DNA from: Candidatus Woesebacteria bacterium GW2011_GWB1_33_38
GTDB taxonomy: Bacteria; Patescibacteriota; Microgenomatia; UBA8517
Direction: 5' to 3'
Assembly (NCBI GenBank): GCA_000990005.1
Contig: LBPF01000003.1
Span: 71,479 to 135,478 of the forward strand
Length of the DNA: 64,000 nt
Below the pieces are notes generated by a model. It did no database searches. It worked only from the letters and a program-made list of their open reading frames with translations, and had not been told where the DNA came from. The translations under genes were made by a program, and so were the position numbers. Shown here one piece after another: positions 1 through 9,980 of this stretch; position 1 is the first letter of the stretch, and each line of letters starts with the position of its first letter.

Positions 1-3000
1 GAGAAAATTTTCGGACCCACTAAAGATTGGGAGTGTTTCTGTGGTAAATATAAGAGAATTAGATACAAAGGGGTTATTTGTGATAAATGTGGAGTTGAGG
101 TAACACAATCTCGTGTAAGACGCGAAAGAATGGGCCATATCAGTCTTGCTTGCCCCGTTGCCCATATTTGGTTTTTCAAGGGGGCACCTTCAAAGATATC
201 AACAATTTTGGGTGTGGCGCCTCGTGCTATTGAACAGGTTATCTATTTTGCAAGGTATTTAGCTTTAAATGTTGACGAAGACAAGAAAAAGGATGCTATT
301 AAAATTTTAGAAAAAGAATTAGCTGATAATGAAGCTCAAATAATTTCTACTTTCAAAGAAAAAAGAGAAATATTGGCAGATGAAGCCAAAAAAGCAAGAG
401 AAAAAATAGAAGGAAAAATTAAAGATAAAGATCAAGCGAGTCTTGCAGTATCAGAAATTGAACTTGAAAATAGAAAGAAAGAAACCGCATTGTCTGAAGA
501 TGAAAAGGCAAATCTATCAGGGAACTCAAGATTGTTTGAAAATTTATTAGGTTTGGTTAGAAGCCTTAAAACTTTAAGTATTCTTTCTGAAGAAGAATAT
601 GATGAACTTTCGACCTTTGGTGCGGCTGAATTCTTTGATGCCAAGATGGGGGCAGAAGCTGTACTATCTGTTTTAAATGAAATTGATATTGAGAAAATTT
701 CAACAGAATTAAGAACCGAAGTTAATGAGACAAAACCAACAAGCACTAAATACATAAAACTTGTCAAAAGATTAAAGCTTGTGGAAGGATTGAAGAAAGC
801 CAAAATTGATCCAGCCTGGATGGTTCTTAGAGTTTTGCCTGTGTTACCTCCAGACCTAAGACCTATGGTCCAACTTTCTGGCGGACGTTTTGCTACATCT
901 GATTTGAACGACTTATATAGAAGAGTAATTAATAGAAACAATAGACTCAAACACTTAATTGGTCTTGGTGCACCTGAAATAATCCTTCGAAATGAAAAAA
1001 GAATGTTGCAAGAAGCAGTTGATTCTTTAATAGATGCATCTCAAAGAAAAGCTACACGTAGAGCAAGAGGCAGACAACCTTTAAGGTCACTCTCTGATAT
1101 GCTTAAAGGAAAACAGGGAAGATTTAGACAGAATCTATTAGGTAAAAGAGTAGACTATTCTGGAAGAAGCGTTATTATTGTAGGGCCCGACCTTAAACTC
1201 AATCAATGTGGGTTACCTAAAGAGATGGCTCTTGAGATGTTTAAACCTTTTGTGCTTCGTGAAATGATTTCAAGAGGTATTGCACCTAATGTAAAGTCTG
1301 CTAAAAACATGTTGGATAGGAGACCTCCTGAGGTTTTTGATATTTTGGAAGAGATTACTAAAGATCATCCTGTACTTCTAAATCGTGCACCGTCTTTACA
1401 CAAACTTTCAATTCAAGCCTTTTACCCTATTTTAATTGAAGGAAGTGCTATCAGACTTCATCCTGCAATTTGTTCAGGATTTAATGCCGACTTTGATGGA
1501 GATCAAATGGCTGTTCATGTACCATTATCGAAACAAGCAATTGAGGAAGCCAAGACCTTGATGCTTCCTGAACATAATTTATTAAGGCCGTCTGACGGTT
1601 CGCCTGTTTCAACTCCTGCTTCAAAAGAAATGGCTTTGGGAGTTTATTATTTGACCTCTATTGACACCAAACTAGAAAAAATAAAAACAATCTTTTCTGA
1701 TAAAGATGAAGCAATTTTGGCACATCAGACAGAAAGAATTGAACTTCGACAAATGATTGACGTTAGAATCGAAGGCAAAATTATTGAGACCACTGTTGGA
1801 AGAATCTACTTAAATGAGATATTACCCCCAGTTTTTGATTATGTAAACGAAGCTGGAACTTCATCATTAATTAAAAAATTATTTGCTATAGCATATGCTA
1901 AATGTGATAAAGCAACAGTTGTTAAAATGATCGACGATGTTAAAGCCTTAGGTTTTTCAGCAGGTACAGTTTCAGGCATTTCCTTTGGTATTTTTGACGC
2001 TGTTTTACTACCTGAAAAAGGGAAAATAATTAAAGAGGCTGAAAATAAAGTCTCTGAAATAGAAGGAAACTACAATTTAGGACTTATTACTCTTGAAGAG
2101 AAAAAGAGAATGACCAAAGAGGTTTGGCTTGAGGTTTCTGAAGATTTAGCAGATAAAACTTGGGCCTTAATGGAACCAACCAATCCAATTAGAGTTGTTA
2201 TCGACGCGAAGGTTGGTCGAGCAAGTCGAGATCAGGTTAAACAATTGTCAGCCATGAGAGGATTGGTTGTTGATCCCCTTGGGAAGATTGTCGAACTTCC
2301 AATTAAAAGCAATTTTAGAGAAGGTTTGTCAGTTTTTGAATATGTCACATCCTCAAGAGGATCTAGAAAAGGTCTAACAGATACTGCTATTAAGACAGCA
2401 GACGCTGGATATTTAACTAGAAGGCTTGTAGATGTATCTCACGACTTGATCATTAGATACAATGATTGTAATGCTAAAGAAGGATTAACCATTATTAAAT
2501 CAGAGAGACCAACATCCTTTATGCAAAGAATAATTGGTAGATATTTGATTGATGATGTTAAAGATGGTAAAGGTAAAGTCATAGCCGTAAAAGGTGATCT
2601 TGTTAATGAAGAAATTGCAGGTAAAATTGATGCTTCAGGTATTGATATCTTAGAGGTTAGGTCAGCTCTAACTTGTCAGTCAAGATATGGGCTTTGTGCT
2701 AAATGTTATGGATGGGACTTATCAACAAAGAATGAAGTTTTAATGGGCACGCCTGTTGGAGTTATTGCAGCCCAATCAATTGGGGAACCTGGAACCCAGC
2801 TTACTTTAAAAACTAAACATGCAGCTGGTGTTGTTGGTATAGACATCACACAAGGTTTACCAAGAGTTGAAGAATTAGTTGAAGCAAGAACTCCAAAAAT
2901 CGTTTCTTCTATCGCCGAGATTACTGGTAAAGCTATTGTTTCAGAAACTGAGGAAGGTTACAAAGTTACAATCAGAGGAACAGGCAAGATTAAAGAAGAA

Positions 3001-3555
3001 AGGGGATATGTTGTCCCTAAGACTTTAGAGCTTGCAGTTAAAGATAATCAAATGGTTGAGGCGGGAACAGCTCTTGCTTTTGGACCACTTGATCTTAAAG
3101 AAATATTAACAATTAAAGGTCTTCGCGCAGCTCAGGAATACTTAGTTGCAGAAATTCAAAAAGTTTACGAATCTCAAGGCATTGGTATTAATGATAAACA
3201 TTTTGAAGTAATAGCCAGAAAGATGAGCGATGAAGTTAGAATTATAAGTTCAGGTGACACCAACTTCTTGCCAGGAGAACTTACAAGTAAAGCTTCTTTT
3301 GAAGCGGCAAATGAAAAAGCTTTGGCTGAGGGTGGAGAACCAGCATCGGCATCACAGATTGTTTTAGGTATCACAAGAAGATCGCTTTACACTGAAAGCT
3401 GGTTATCGGCCGCATCATTTGAACAGACAACTGATGTTTTAACTGAAAGTTCACTTTTATCTAGGGAAGATACGTTAATGGGACTTAAGGAAAATGTTAT
3501 TATTGGAAGACTTATCCCAGTGACTGAGGAAAAAGCAAATTTAGAAAACAAATAA
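1..3555 (+). CDS. rpoC: RNA polymerase beta' subunit (5'-partial; frame open from base 1)
   Basis: Frame 1 from base 1 reads EKIFGPTKDWECFCGKYK...CDKCGVEV; NADFDGD catalytic motif; GKQGRFRQNLLGKRVDYSGRS. Confidence 0.99.
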   Translation, partial: EKIFGPTKDWECFCGKYKRIRYKGVICDKCGVEVTQSRVRRERMGHISLACPVAHIWFFKGAPSKISTILGVAPRAIEQVIYFARYLALNVDEDKKKDAIKILEKELADNEAQIISTFKEKREILADEAKKAREKIEGKIKDKDQASLAVSEIELENRKKETALSEDEKANLSGNSRLFENLLGLVRSLKTLSILSEEEYDELSTFGAAEFFDAKMGAEAVLSVLNEIDIEKISTELRTEVNETKPTSTKYIKLVKRLKLVEGLKKAKIDPAWMVLRVLPVLPPDLRPMVQLSGGRFATSDLNDLYRRVINRNNRLKHLIGLGAPEIILRNEKRMLQEAVDSLIDASQRKATRRARGRQPLRSLSDMLKGKQGRFRQNLLGKRVDYSGRSVIIVGPDLKLNQCGLPKEMALEMFKPFVLREMISRGIAPNVKSAKNMLDRRPPEVFDILEEITKDHPVLLNRAPSLHKLSIQAFYPILIEGSAIRLHPAICSGFNADFDGDQMAVHVPLSKQAIEEAKTLMLPEHNLLRPSDGSPVSTPASKEMALGVYYLTSIDTKLEKIKTIFSDKDEAILAHQTERIELRQMIDVRIEGKIIETTVGRIYLNEILPPVFDYVNEAGTSSLIKKLFAIAYAKCDKATVVKMIDDVKALGFSAGTVSGISFGIFDAVLLPEKGKIIKEAENKVSEIEGNYNLGLITLEEKKRMTKEVWLEVSEDLADKTWALMEPTNPIRVVIDAKVGRASRDQVKQLSAMRGLVVDPLGKIVELPIKSNFREGLSVFEYVTSSRGSRKGLTDTAIKTADAGYLTRRLVDVSHDLIIRYNDCNAKEGLTIIKSERPTSFMQRIIGRYLIDDVKDGKGKVIAVKGDLVNEEIAGKIDASGIDILEVRSALTCQSRYGLCAKCYGWDLSTKNEVLMGTPVGVIAAQSIGEPGTQLTLKTKHAAGVVGIDITQGLPRVEELVEARTPKIVSSIAEITGKAIVSETEEGYKVTIRGTGKIKEERGYVVPKTLELAVKDNQMVEAGTALAFGPLDLKEILTIKGLRAAQEYLVAEIQKVYESQGIGINDKHFEVIARKMSDEVRIISSGDTNFLPGELTSKASFEAANEKALAEGGEPASASQIVLGITRRSLYTESWLSAASFEQTTDVLTESSLLSREDTLMGLKENVIIGRLIPVTEEKANLENK

Positions 3556-3558
3556 GTT

Positions 3559-3984
3559 ATGCCTACAGCAAACCAATTAGTAAAACACGGAAGGACTCCA
3601 AATAAAAAGAAAACCAAGACTACTTCTTTAAAAAAGTGGTTTAACTCTAAGGATAGACTTTTTGGTGAAACAGCATCCCCCTTTAAACGGGGTGTTGTTT
3701 TAACGGTTAGAACTCAAACACCCAGAAAACCTAACTCAGCACTTCGTAAAGTAGCTAGAGTTAGATTGTCAAATAAACAAGAAGTTACTGCATATATACC
3801 AGGTGAAGGTCACGAACTTGCAGAACATTCTGTTATATTAGTTAGGGGCGGTAAAGTTAAAGACCTTTCAGGTGTAAAATACACAATTGTTAGAGGAAAA
3901 CTTGATACAACTGGGGTTAGTGGAAGACAAACATCAAGAAGTAGATATGGAACAAAGAGAAACCAAGGAGGTAAAAAGCAATGA
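3559..3984 (+). CDS. rpsL: 30S ribosomal protein S12
   Basis: [29 protein letters not shown]. Confidence 0.99.
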   Translation: MPTANQLVKHGRTPNKKKTKTTSLKKWFNSKDRLFGETASPFKRGVVLTVRTQTPRKPNSALRKVARVRLSNKQEVTAYIPGEGHELAEHSVILVRGGKVKDLSGVKYTIVRGKLDTTGVSGRQTSRSRYGTKRNQGGKKQ

Positions 3985-4448
3985 GTAGACGTGGGCAATC
4001 AAGAAAAAGAAAAGTTGAAGTAGATTCTGTTTATAACAGTAACTTAATTGCAAAACTTATAAACAGAAGTATGCACGATGGTAAAAAAAGTGTTGCTGAG
4101 AAGCAAATTTATTCTGCATTTACAATAATTGGAAAAGGTGCAGTTTCTGTCTTTGAAAAGGCTATAAACAACATCAAACCAGAAATGGAAGTTAGAGCAA
4201 AGCGTGTTGGTGGTGCAGCCTATCAGGTTCCAAGTCAGGTCAGAGGAGAAAGAAAAGAATCACTTGCTATCAGATGGTTAGTCAATGCTGCAAGAGCAAG
4301 AAGTAATTCAGAATTTCACGCCTTTGGAGAGAAATTGGCTCAAGAACTTATAGATGCTTCAAAAGGCGAAGGTGGAGCAGTAAAGAAAAGAACTGATATG
4401 GAACGTGTTGCCGAAGCCAACAAAGCCTTTAGTCACTTCAAGTGGTAA
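3981..4448 (+). CDS. rpsG: 30S ribosomal protein S7
   Basis: [20 protein letters not shown]; follows rpsL. Confidence 0.99.
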   Translation: MSRRGQSRKRKVEVDSVYNSNLIAKLINRSMHDGKKSVAEKQIYSAFTIIGKGAVSVFEKAINNIKPEMEVRAKRVGGAAYQVPSQVRGERKESLAIRWLVNAARARSNSEFHAFGEKLAQELIDASKGEGGAVKKRTDMERVAEANKAFSHFKW

Positions 4449-4486
4449 CTTCTACCCAATCTTCAATATTTTATTTCCTGTTTTGC

Positions 4487-4529
4487 AAGGTCAGACCTTA
4501 AAAATCTGGCCATAAAAAGGTCTGACCTT
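4487..4529. repeat. Pair of 13-bp palindromes AAGGTC(A/T)GACCTT, together forming an inverted repeat (REP-like)
   Basis: AAGGTCAGACCTT at 4487-4499 and AAGGTCTGACCTT at 4517-4529. Confidence 0.75.
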
Positions 4530-4720
4530 AATATTGCAGTTAAGTTTTGCATAACTTCAATTCTTCTTTGCTTGTCCAAAGTAAGAATTGGAAGAAGAAA
4601 AGGCACACCTGCCAAAATTATGATAGCAATTTACTTCGTTCATACTTTGTTTGCTAATTAAATTCACTCCATAAATTGAAATCAAATTTTAGAAGGTGGA
4701 GAGAAAGATTTATTTACTTA

Positions 4721-4747
4721 TTGAATTTCGCAGAGAGAGAGTAATAT
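4721..4747 (+). promoter_or_regulatory. Repeated promoter module copy 1: TTGAAT-TTCGC(AG)5-TAATAT (15-bp spacer)
   Basis: Near-identical to 5752-5780 and 46611-46639; ATG 10 nt downstream. Confidence 0.7.
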
Positions 4748-4757
4748 CAGCCCTATT

Positions 4758-4949
4758 ATGACTTTTGGATTTATTCCAGCTAAAAAAACAGCAAAAGGAG
4801 TTGTCTATGCAGTTTTAGAAAATGGTAGGCCAGTCGATACTTCTCTAGGCGCTAATCCTACTGTTCCTCGCACATTCGTTGATCCTAAAATACATACATA
4901 TCTTCATGGGGAAGAAGGAAAATTAGCTAGTATCAAGAGAAGAGTTTAA
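4758..4949 (+). CDS. Small orphan hypothetical protein (63 aa)
   Basis: ATG-started ORF directly after promoter module copy 1; abuts the convergent SPFH gene. Confidence 0.6.
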   Translation: MTFGFIPAKKTAKGVVYAVLENGRPVDTSLGANPTVPRTFVDPKIHTYLHGEEGKLASIKRRV

Positions 4950-4951
4950 AT

Positions 4952-5707
4952 TTATCTTGTAGGAATATTAATAAAAGGAACCCCGTTTGTGGCATTTGGA
5001 AGTTTACCATCCCACTTTTGAACTGCTAAAAATTGTAAATATTCAGCCGATAAACTTCCAGTATTTCTCAAAATCTGTTGAGATTGAGCTTGCCCGTTTG
5101 CTTGAGTTTTTGCGGTTTCAGCCTCAATTTTTGCTCTCTCTAAGTTTTGTTGTGCAACCTGTTTTTGTTCAATCGCATCGTTAAAATCTTTTGAAAAGTC
5201 AAAATTAACAATATTTAAATCATCAACAAATACATTATATTTTTCGAGTCTATTTTTAAGTTCTATTAGTGTAATTTCTCTGACCTTTTCTCTTTTAACT
5301 ATTAAATCTTCAGCAGTAAACTGGGCAGTTGTTGCTTTAAAAGCTTCCTGCATGGCAGGATCAACAACTCTTTCTCTATAATTTATTCCAATGTTTTGAT
5401 AAACATCAACTGCTTTATTGCCATTTAAATGATAATTTAAGGCGATAGTGGACTTTACTTCTTGAAGGTCACTTGAAGCAGCAGTTGCTTCAACCTGTTC
5501 TTTTTGGGTCCTAGTTTCCATAGAAACAACTGATTCAACTAATGGAATTTTTAATGTAAAACCAGGATTAGCTACTCTATTTACAGCACCTAATCTTGTA
5601 ACTACTCCAACATGTCCTGCCCCGACTATAGCCCAAGCGCCAGTAAAAGGAAGGATAAAAAGTATAAGTACAGCAACCAAAATAATTCTAGAGTTTATTT
5701 TTATCAT
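4952..5707 (-). CDS. SPFH/Band 7 prohibitin-family membrane protein
   Basis: N-terminal TM, GHVGVVTRLG, FTAEDLI.KRE, FNDAIEQKQVAQQ, KWDGKLP. Confidence 0.93.
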   Translation of the reverse strand: MIKINSRIILVAVLILFILPFTGAWAIVGAGHVGVVTRLGAVNRVANPGFTLKIPLVESVVSMETRTQKEQVEATAASSDLQEVKSTIALNYHLNGNKAVDVYQNIGINYRERVVDPAMQEAFKATTAQFTAEDLIVKREKVREITLIELKNRLEKYNVFVDDLNIVNFDFSKDFNDAIEQKQVAQQNLERAKIEAETAKTQANGQAQSQQILRNTGSLSAEYLQFLAVQKWDGKLPNATNGVPFINIPTR

Positions 5708-5751
5708 TTAAACAATCTTAACACGCATGTCAAATATTAGCTTCTTGCTAC

Positions 5752-5780
5752 TTGAATTTCGCAGAGAGAGAGAGTAGTCT
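5752..5780 (+). promoter_or_regulatory. Repeated promoter module copy 2: TTGAAT-TTCGC(AG)6-TAGTCT (17-bp spacer)
   Basis: Repeat of copies 1 and 3; ATG 9 nt downstream. Confidence 0.72.
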
Positions 5781-5789
5781 CATCTCTAT

Positions 5790-6005
5790 ATGTCAGAAGA
5801 CGAAAGGCCTTTGAGTGAGACATTGACCGATGCACAAATTGCTGAAGTTTTAAAGGAACATAATCTAGAAGGTACCGCTGAAAACATAGATTTTGTTCGA
5901 AGTACGAGAAAAATCGTGGAAAAATATTTAAAACAACTTGATAGAGGTAGACCTTTTGCAGAAATTTTAACAGAAGTTCGAATAAATTCTTTACATAAAA
6001 ATTAG
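5790..6005 (+). CDS. Small orphan hypothetical protein (71 aa)
   Basis: ATG-started ORF after promoter module copy 2. Confidence 0.65.
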   Translation: MSEDERPLSETLTDAQIAEVLKEHNLEGTAENIDFVRSTRKIVEKYLKQLDRGRPFAEILTEVRINSLHKN

Positions 6006-6109
6006 ACCTGTAAAATTATCCAATCATTTGCTACAATCACTGTTGCTCCATTATGGAGTTTTGTTTTGACTGATCACTTTATATCTGATCACTAATCACT
6101 TGTTATAAA

Positions 6110-8278
6110 ATGGCTGAGGAAAAAGCAAAAAAATCTGCAATTGTAATGACGGCTACTAAAGATCGTAATGTTTCACTGGAAAAAATTAGAAACATTGGAA
6201 TTATTGCCCACATTGATGCAGGTAAAACTACAACTACTGAAAGACTTCTTTTTGAGACGGGCCGTACGTACAAGCAAGGCTCTGTTGATGATGGAACTAC
6301 AGTTACTGATTGGATGGCACAGGAAAGAGAGCGTGGAATTACCATTGTTTCAGCGGCAATTACCGCTTTCTGGGACTTAAAAAAGGACTCTTCCGTTTCC
6401 GCTGGTCATTATAGAATTAATTTGATTGATACTCCAGGACATATTGATTTCACTGCAGAAGTTGAGAGATCCTTAAGAGTTTTGGATGGTGCTTTAATGG
6501 TTTTTGACGGTAGAACTGGAGTTGAATCACAATCTGAAACAGTTTGGAGACAGGCCGATAAATATAATGTTCCAAGAATTTGCGTTTTAAACAAACTTAA
6601 TCTTATAGGATCTGATTTTGATGGATCAATCAAATCAATTAGAGAAAGGCTCGGCGCAAATGCCTCACCTGTTATTTACCCAATTGGCCAGGAACACCAG
6701 CATCGTGGTGTCATTGATCTTATTACCATGAAAGCTCTTACTTATAAAGCAGTTGAAGATGCAAAGCTTGTAGACGAAGAAATACCTAATGATTTTTTGG
6801 AAACCGCTAAAAAATACAGGCAGGAATTAATTGAAAAAGTTTCAGAGTTTGATGACGAAGCCTTGACATTATTCTTGGAAGGCATGGAACCTGACGAAAT
6901 CATTATAAAACGTGCTATTAGGAAAGGTGTTATAGCTGGTAAATTTTTCCCAATTTTTGGGGGGGACAACAGAACTGCAGAAAGCCAACTACTATTGAAT
7001 GGGGTTGTTGAGTATCTACCATCTCCAATTGATTTGCCTGCAATTTCTGGAACAAACCCTAAAACAGGGGAAATTGAAACAAGGGAAAGAAAAAATGAGG
7101 CTGCATTTTCTGGCCTTGCCTTTAAAGTTGTAACAGATCCTCATGTGGGTAGACTTGTCTATGTTAGAGTTTATTCAGGAACCCTAAAAGCAGGACAACA
7201 GGTTTATAACTCAAGTAAACAACTAACAGAAAGAATTGGAAAATTGGTACTTCTTCATGCCGATCAAAGAGAATTAATTGAAGAAGCCTATGCCGGAGAA
7301 ATTGTTGCTGTGGTGGGTGTTAAAGATACAACCACAGGTCACACCATTTGTGATCCAGCTCATCCAATTCATCTTGAATCAATTACATTCCCAGAACCAG
7401 TAATTTCCTTGGCAATTGAACCCGCAACCAAATCTGATCAAGAAAAAATGGGTTTGGCCTTAAATAAACTATCAGATGAAGATCCAACATTTAAAATTAA
7501 AAGTAATCCTGAAACTGGACAAACAATTATTGCTGGAATGGGTGAACTTCAACTTGAAGTCTTGGTCGACAGAATGAAGAGAGAATTTAACGTCGTGGCA
7601 ACCACAGGTGCTCCACAAGTAGCCTACAAAGAAACTATTAAAAAGTATGCAGAAGGTGAAGGAAAGTATATTAGACAAACTGGAGGCCGAGGACAGTATG
7701 GTCATTGTTTACTTAAAGTTGAGCCAAAAAGTAAGGGAGAAGGATTTGAATTTGTTAATCAAATTAAAGGTGGCTCAATTCCAGGAGAGTATATTCCAGC
7801 AATTGAAAAAGGTGCGCGCGAAAAATTAGAAAATGGAATTATGGCAGGGTACCCGATGGTTGATGTTAAAGTTACAGTTTTTGATGGAAGTTACCATGAT
7901 GTTGATTCTTCAGAAATGGCCTTTAAGATAGCAGGTTCTTTAGGTGTTGAAGATGCAGTAAGAAAAGCAGATATGGTTCTTTTAGAGCCTATTATGAAAG
8001 TTGAGGTTTTTACCCCAGCAGAATATATGGGAGATGTTATGGGAGACCTTTCAAGTAAAAGGGCTCAAATTTCAGGATCAGAGGAAAAAGGTGGAGAAAC
8101 TGTTATCTATGCAACAGCGCCTTTGGCAGAACTATCTGGATATGCAACAAAACTCCGTTCCCTTACTCAAGGAAGAGCAAGGGCATATGTAGAGCCTTCT
8201 CATTATGAAGAAGTTCCATCCCACATCGCAGCCCAAATAGTTGCCAAGGCTGGTAAAGTTGAAATGGCAAGAGGATAA
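6110..8278 (+). CDS. fusA: Elongation factor G
   Basis: AHIDAGKTT, ERERGITI, DTPGHIDF, GMGELQLE, YHDVDSSEMAF. Confidence 0.99.
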   Translation: MAEEKAKKSAIVMTATKDRNVSLEKIRNIGIIAHIDAGKTTTTERLLFETGRTYKQGSVDDGTTVTDWMAQERERGITIVSAAITAFWDLKKDSSVSAGHYRINLIDTPGHIDFTAEVERSLRVLDGALMVFDGRTGVESQSETVWRQADKYNVPRICVLNKLNLIGSDFDGSIKSIRERLGANASPVIYPIGQEHQHRGVIDLITMKALTYKAVEDAKLVDEEIPNDFLETAKKYRQELIEKVSEFDDEALTLFLEGMEPDEIIIKRAIRKGVIAGKFFPIFGGDNRTAESQLLLNGVVEYLPSPIDLPAISGTNPKTGEIETRERKNEAAFSGLAFKVVTDPHVGRLVYVRVYSGTLKAGQQVYNSSKQLTERIGKLVLLHADQRELIEEAYAGEIVAVVGVKDTTTGHTICDPAHPIHLESITFPEPVISLAIEPATKSDQEKMGLALNKLSDEDPTFKIKSNPETGQTIIAGMGELQLEVLVDRMKREFNVVATTGAPQVAYKETIKKYAEGEGKYIRQTGGRGQYGHCLLKVEPKSKGEGFEFVNQIKGGSIPGEYIPAIEKGAREKLENGIMAGYPMVDVKVTVFDGSYHDVDSSEMAFKIAGSLGVEDAVRKADMVLLEPIMKVEVFTPAEYMGDVMGDLSSKRAQISGSEEKGGETVIYATAPLAELSGYATKLRSLTQGRARAYVEPSHYEEVPSHIAAQIVAKAGKVEMARG

Positions 8279-8286
8279 AACACTGC

Positions 8287-8347
8287 TTGACAACTGTTAT
8301 ATTTAAGTTTAATCTATATATGTTAAGTCACTTATACTGATGACTTA
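8287..8347 (+). promoter_or_regulatory. Sigma70-type promoter (TTGACA-N17-TAATCT) plus inverted repeat TAAGTCA-N10-TGACTTA (putative AbiEi operator)
   Basis: TTGACA 8287-8292, TAATCT 8310-8315, IR arms 8324-8330 and 8341-8347. Confidence 0.6.
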
Positions 8348-8353
8348 GAGTAT

Positions 8354-9130
8354 ATGAATCATACAATACTTTCAAGTAAACAAGACGAACTTCTGGAGAA
8401 TTTAATTGTTAAATATAACAAAATAGTTACTTTTGAACAAATTCTTCTTGAATCTAAAAAATTTTGGGATTACAAACAAACAAAAAACCTTATCACGAAG
8501 TTGGTTAAAAACGGATGGTTAATACGAATTAAAAAGAGTTTATATGTTATTAGTGATTTAAGTACTCGAGGATTTTTATCAATTTCACCCTATAAAGTTG
8601 CAAATTTATTAGTTCCCGAATCATACGTTTCGTTCGAATCGGCTTTGCAAAAATATGGAATGTTTGATCAATTGACCAGTAAAACGATCTCGGTTTCATT
8701 AAAAGCATATAAAAAAGTTATTTTAAATTCAAATGAATATTCATTTGTTAAAACAAAGCCTGAATTTTATTTTGGCTGGCAGGATATTGAAATTGATAAC
8801 AGTATTGTGCACATCGCCACAGCTGAAAAAGCATTAATTGATATTGTTAATTTTCGAAAGAGTCAATATTCTCTAGATTTAGTGTTTGAAAAACTTATAG
8901 AAAATCGTCAAAACTTAGATTTTGACAAATTCGACGATTATCTAGCAAGATTATCTTTGGCCACAATAAAAATTTTTGGTCTTGTTTTTGACATTATTGG
9001 TATAAAGTCAAATAAACTTTTGATAAAAGTTATTGCTAGTCGTAGTACTCATAAAATGCTTCCCGATGATAATAAATTTAATTCTAAATGGCGACTTTAT
9101 TACGATCCCTATTTTGACAAATATCGTTAA
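8354..9130 (+). CDS. Type IV TA antitoxin, AbiEi-like transcriptional regulator
   Basis: N-terminal wHTH (LVKNGWLIRIKKSLY), SYVSFESALQKYG, ATAEKALID. Confidence 0.88.
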   Translation: MNHTILSSKQDELLENLIVKYNKIVTFEQILLESKKFWDYKQTKNLITKLVKNGWLIRIKKSLYVISDLSTRGFLSISPYKVANLLVPESYVSFESALQKYGMFDQLTSKTISVSLKAYKKVILNSNEYSFVKTKPEFYFGWQDIEIDNSIVHIATAEKALIDIVNFRKSQYSLDLVFEKLIENRQNLDFDKFDDYLARLSLATIKIFGLVFDIIGIKSNKLLIKVIASRSTHKMLPDDNKFNSKWRLYYDPYFDKYR

Positions 9131-9132
9131 GT

Positions 9133-9912
9133 ATGAATATTAAATTTCTTACTCGTCAACAACTAGAAATAATTAATAGAAAAACTTTGCGATATCCACT
9201 GCAAATTGCCGAGAAGGACTATTTCTTAGCATTAGTAATGCAAATTATTTCAGAATCTCCGATGAAAAATATTTTGATATTTAAGGGAGGAACAGCGCTT
9301 CATCATTGTTATTTAAAGCAGTTTCGATTTTCTGAAGATTTAGATTTTTCTTCCAATCAAAGATCTTTATCACTCAACAAAATAAGAGAGATATTTAATA
9401 AATTAGATTTTCTTGAAATCAAAAAAGATTATATTTCAAAGGCAACTATAAAAATCGAAAAATTACAATACCTTGGACCCTTAATGCAACCAAATTCATT
9501 AAAAGTTGAGATTGATTTCCTTCAAAATGTTTATTTACCTCCGCAAAAAGAAAAATATGAAAATGTTTGGGGTTTAGCTTTTTTTGTAAATGTTATGGAT
9601 ATCAAAGAGATTTGTGCTGAAAAAATTAGGGCAATGAATGACAGAATTAGATATCGAGATTTTTACGATTTTTCTATGATTATCAAAAAACATTCATTAA
9701 ATTTAGTTGAAATAATTAATATAGTTAGGAAGAAAGAAATCAGAAAATCTATAAGTTCTAAAAATATTAAAGATAATTGGAAAATAGCAAGAGGAGATAA
9801 ACAAAACGACTATCAGTCAATCTATTTTTCAGAAATTTTAGAAGAAAAAGAAATTAGTAATTATTTATCAATGTTAAAATTTGAAGAAATTAAGAAAAGT
9901 CGAAATGGCTAG
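9133..9912 (+). CDS. Type IV TA toxin, AbiEii-like nucleotidyltransferase
   Basis: EKDY, FKGGTAL, RFSEDLDF, AEKIRA...RDFYD. Confidence 0.93.
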   Translation: MNIKFLTRQQLEIINRKTLRYPLQIAEKDYFLALVMQIISESPMKNILIFKGGTALHHCYLKQFRFSEDLDFSSNQRSLSLNKIREIFNKLDFLEIKKDYISKATIKIEKLQYLGPLMQPNSLKVEIDFLQNVYLPPQKEKYENVWGLAFFVNVMDIKEICAEKIRAMNDRIRYRDFYDFSMIIKKHSLNLVEIINIVRKKEIRKSISSKNIKDNWKIARGDKQNDYQSIYFSEILEEKEISNYLSMLKFEEIKKSRNG

Positions 9913-9980
9913 GGGGTAAACTTCAGTGTTATAATTGATTTATATGAAGAAATTGTTTTCCAATTTAAATAATTTGGGTG

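Noticed and set aside
280-560. Long charged insertion in the RpoC N-terminal region considered as a possible intein
   Set aside because: Coiled-coil composition with no intein splice motifs; matches a lineage-specific beta' insertion
4549-4600. Bulged hairpin preceded by GCATAAC, resembling an integron attC site
   Set aside because: No complementary GTTRRRY R' box follows, and no integrase or second copy is present
4466-4632. Minus-strand open stretch (IAIIILAGVPF...KY*) through the twin palindromes
   Set aside because: No convincing start, preceded by an in-frame stop, and no recognisable motif
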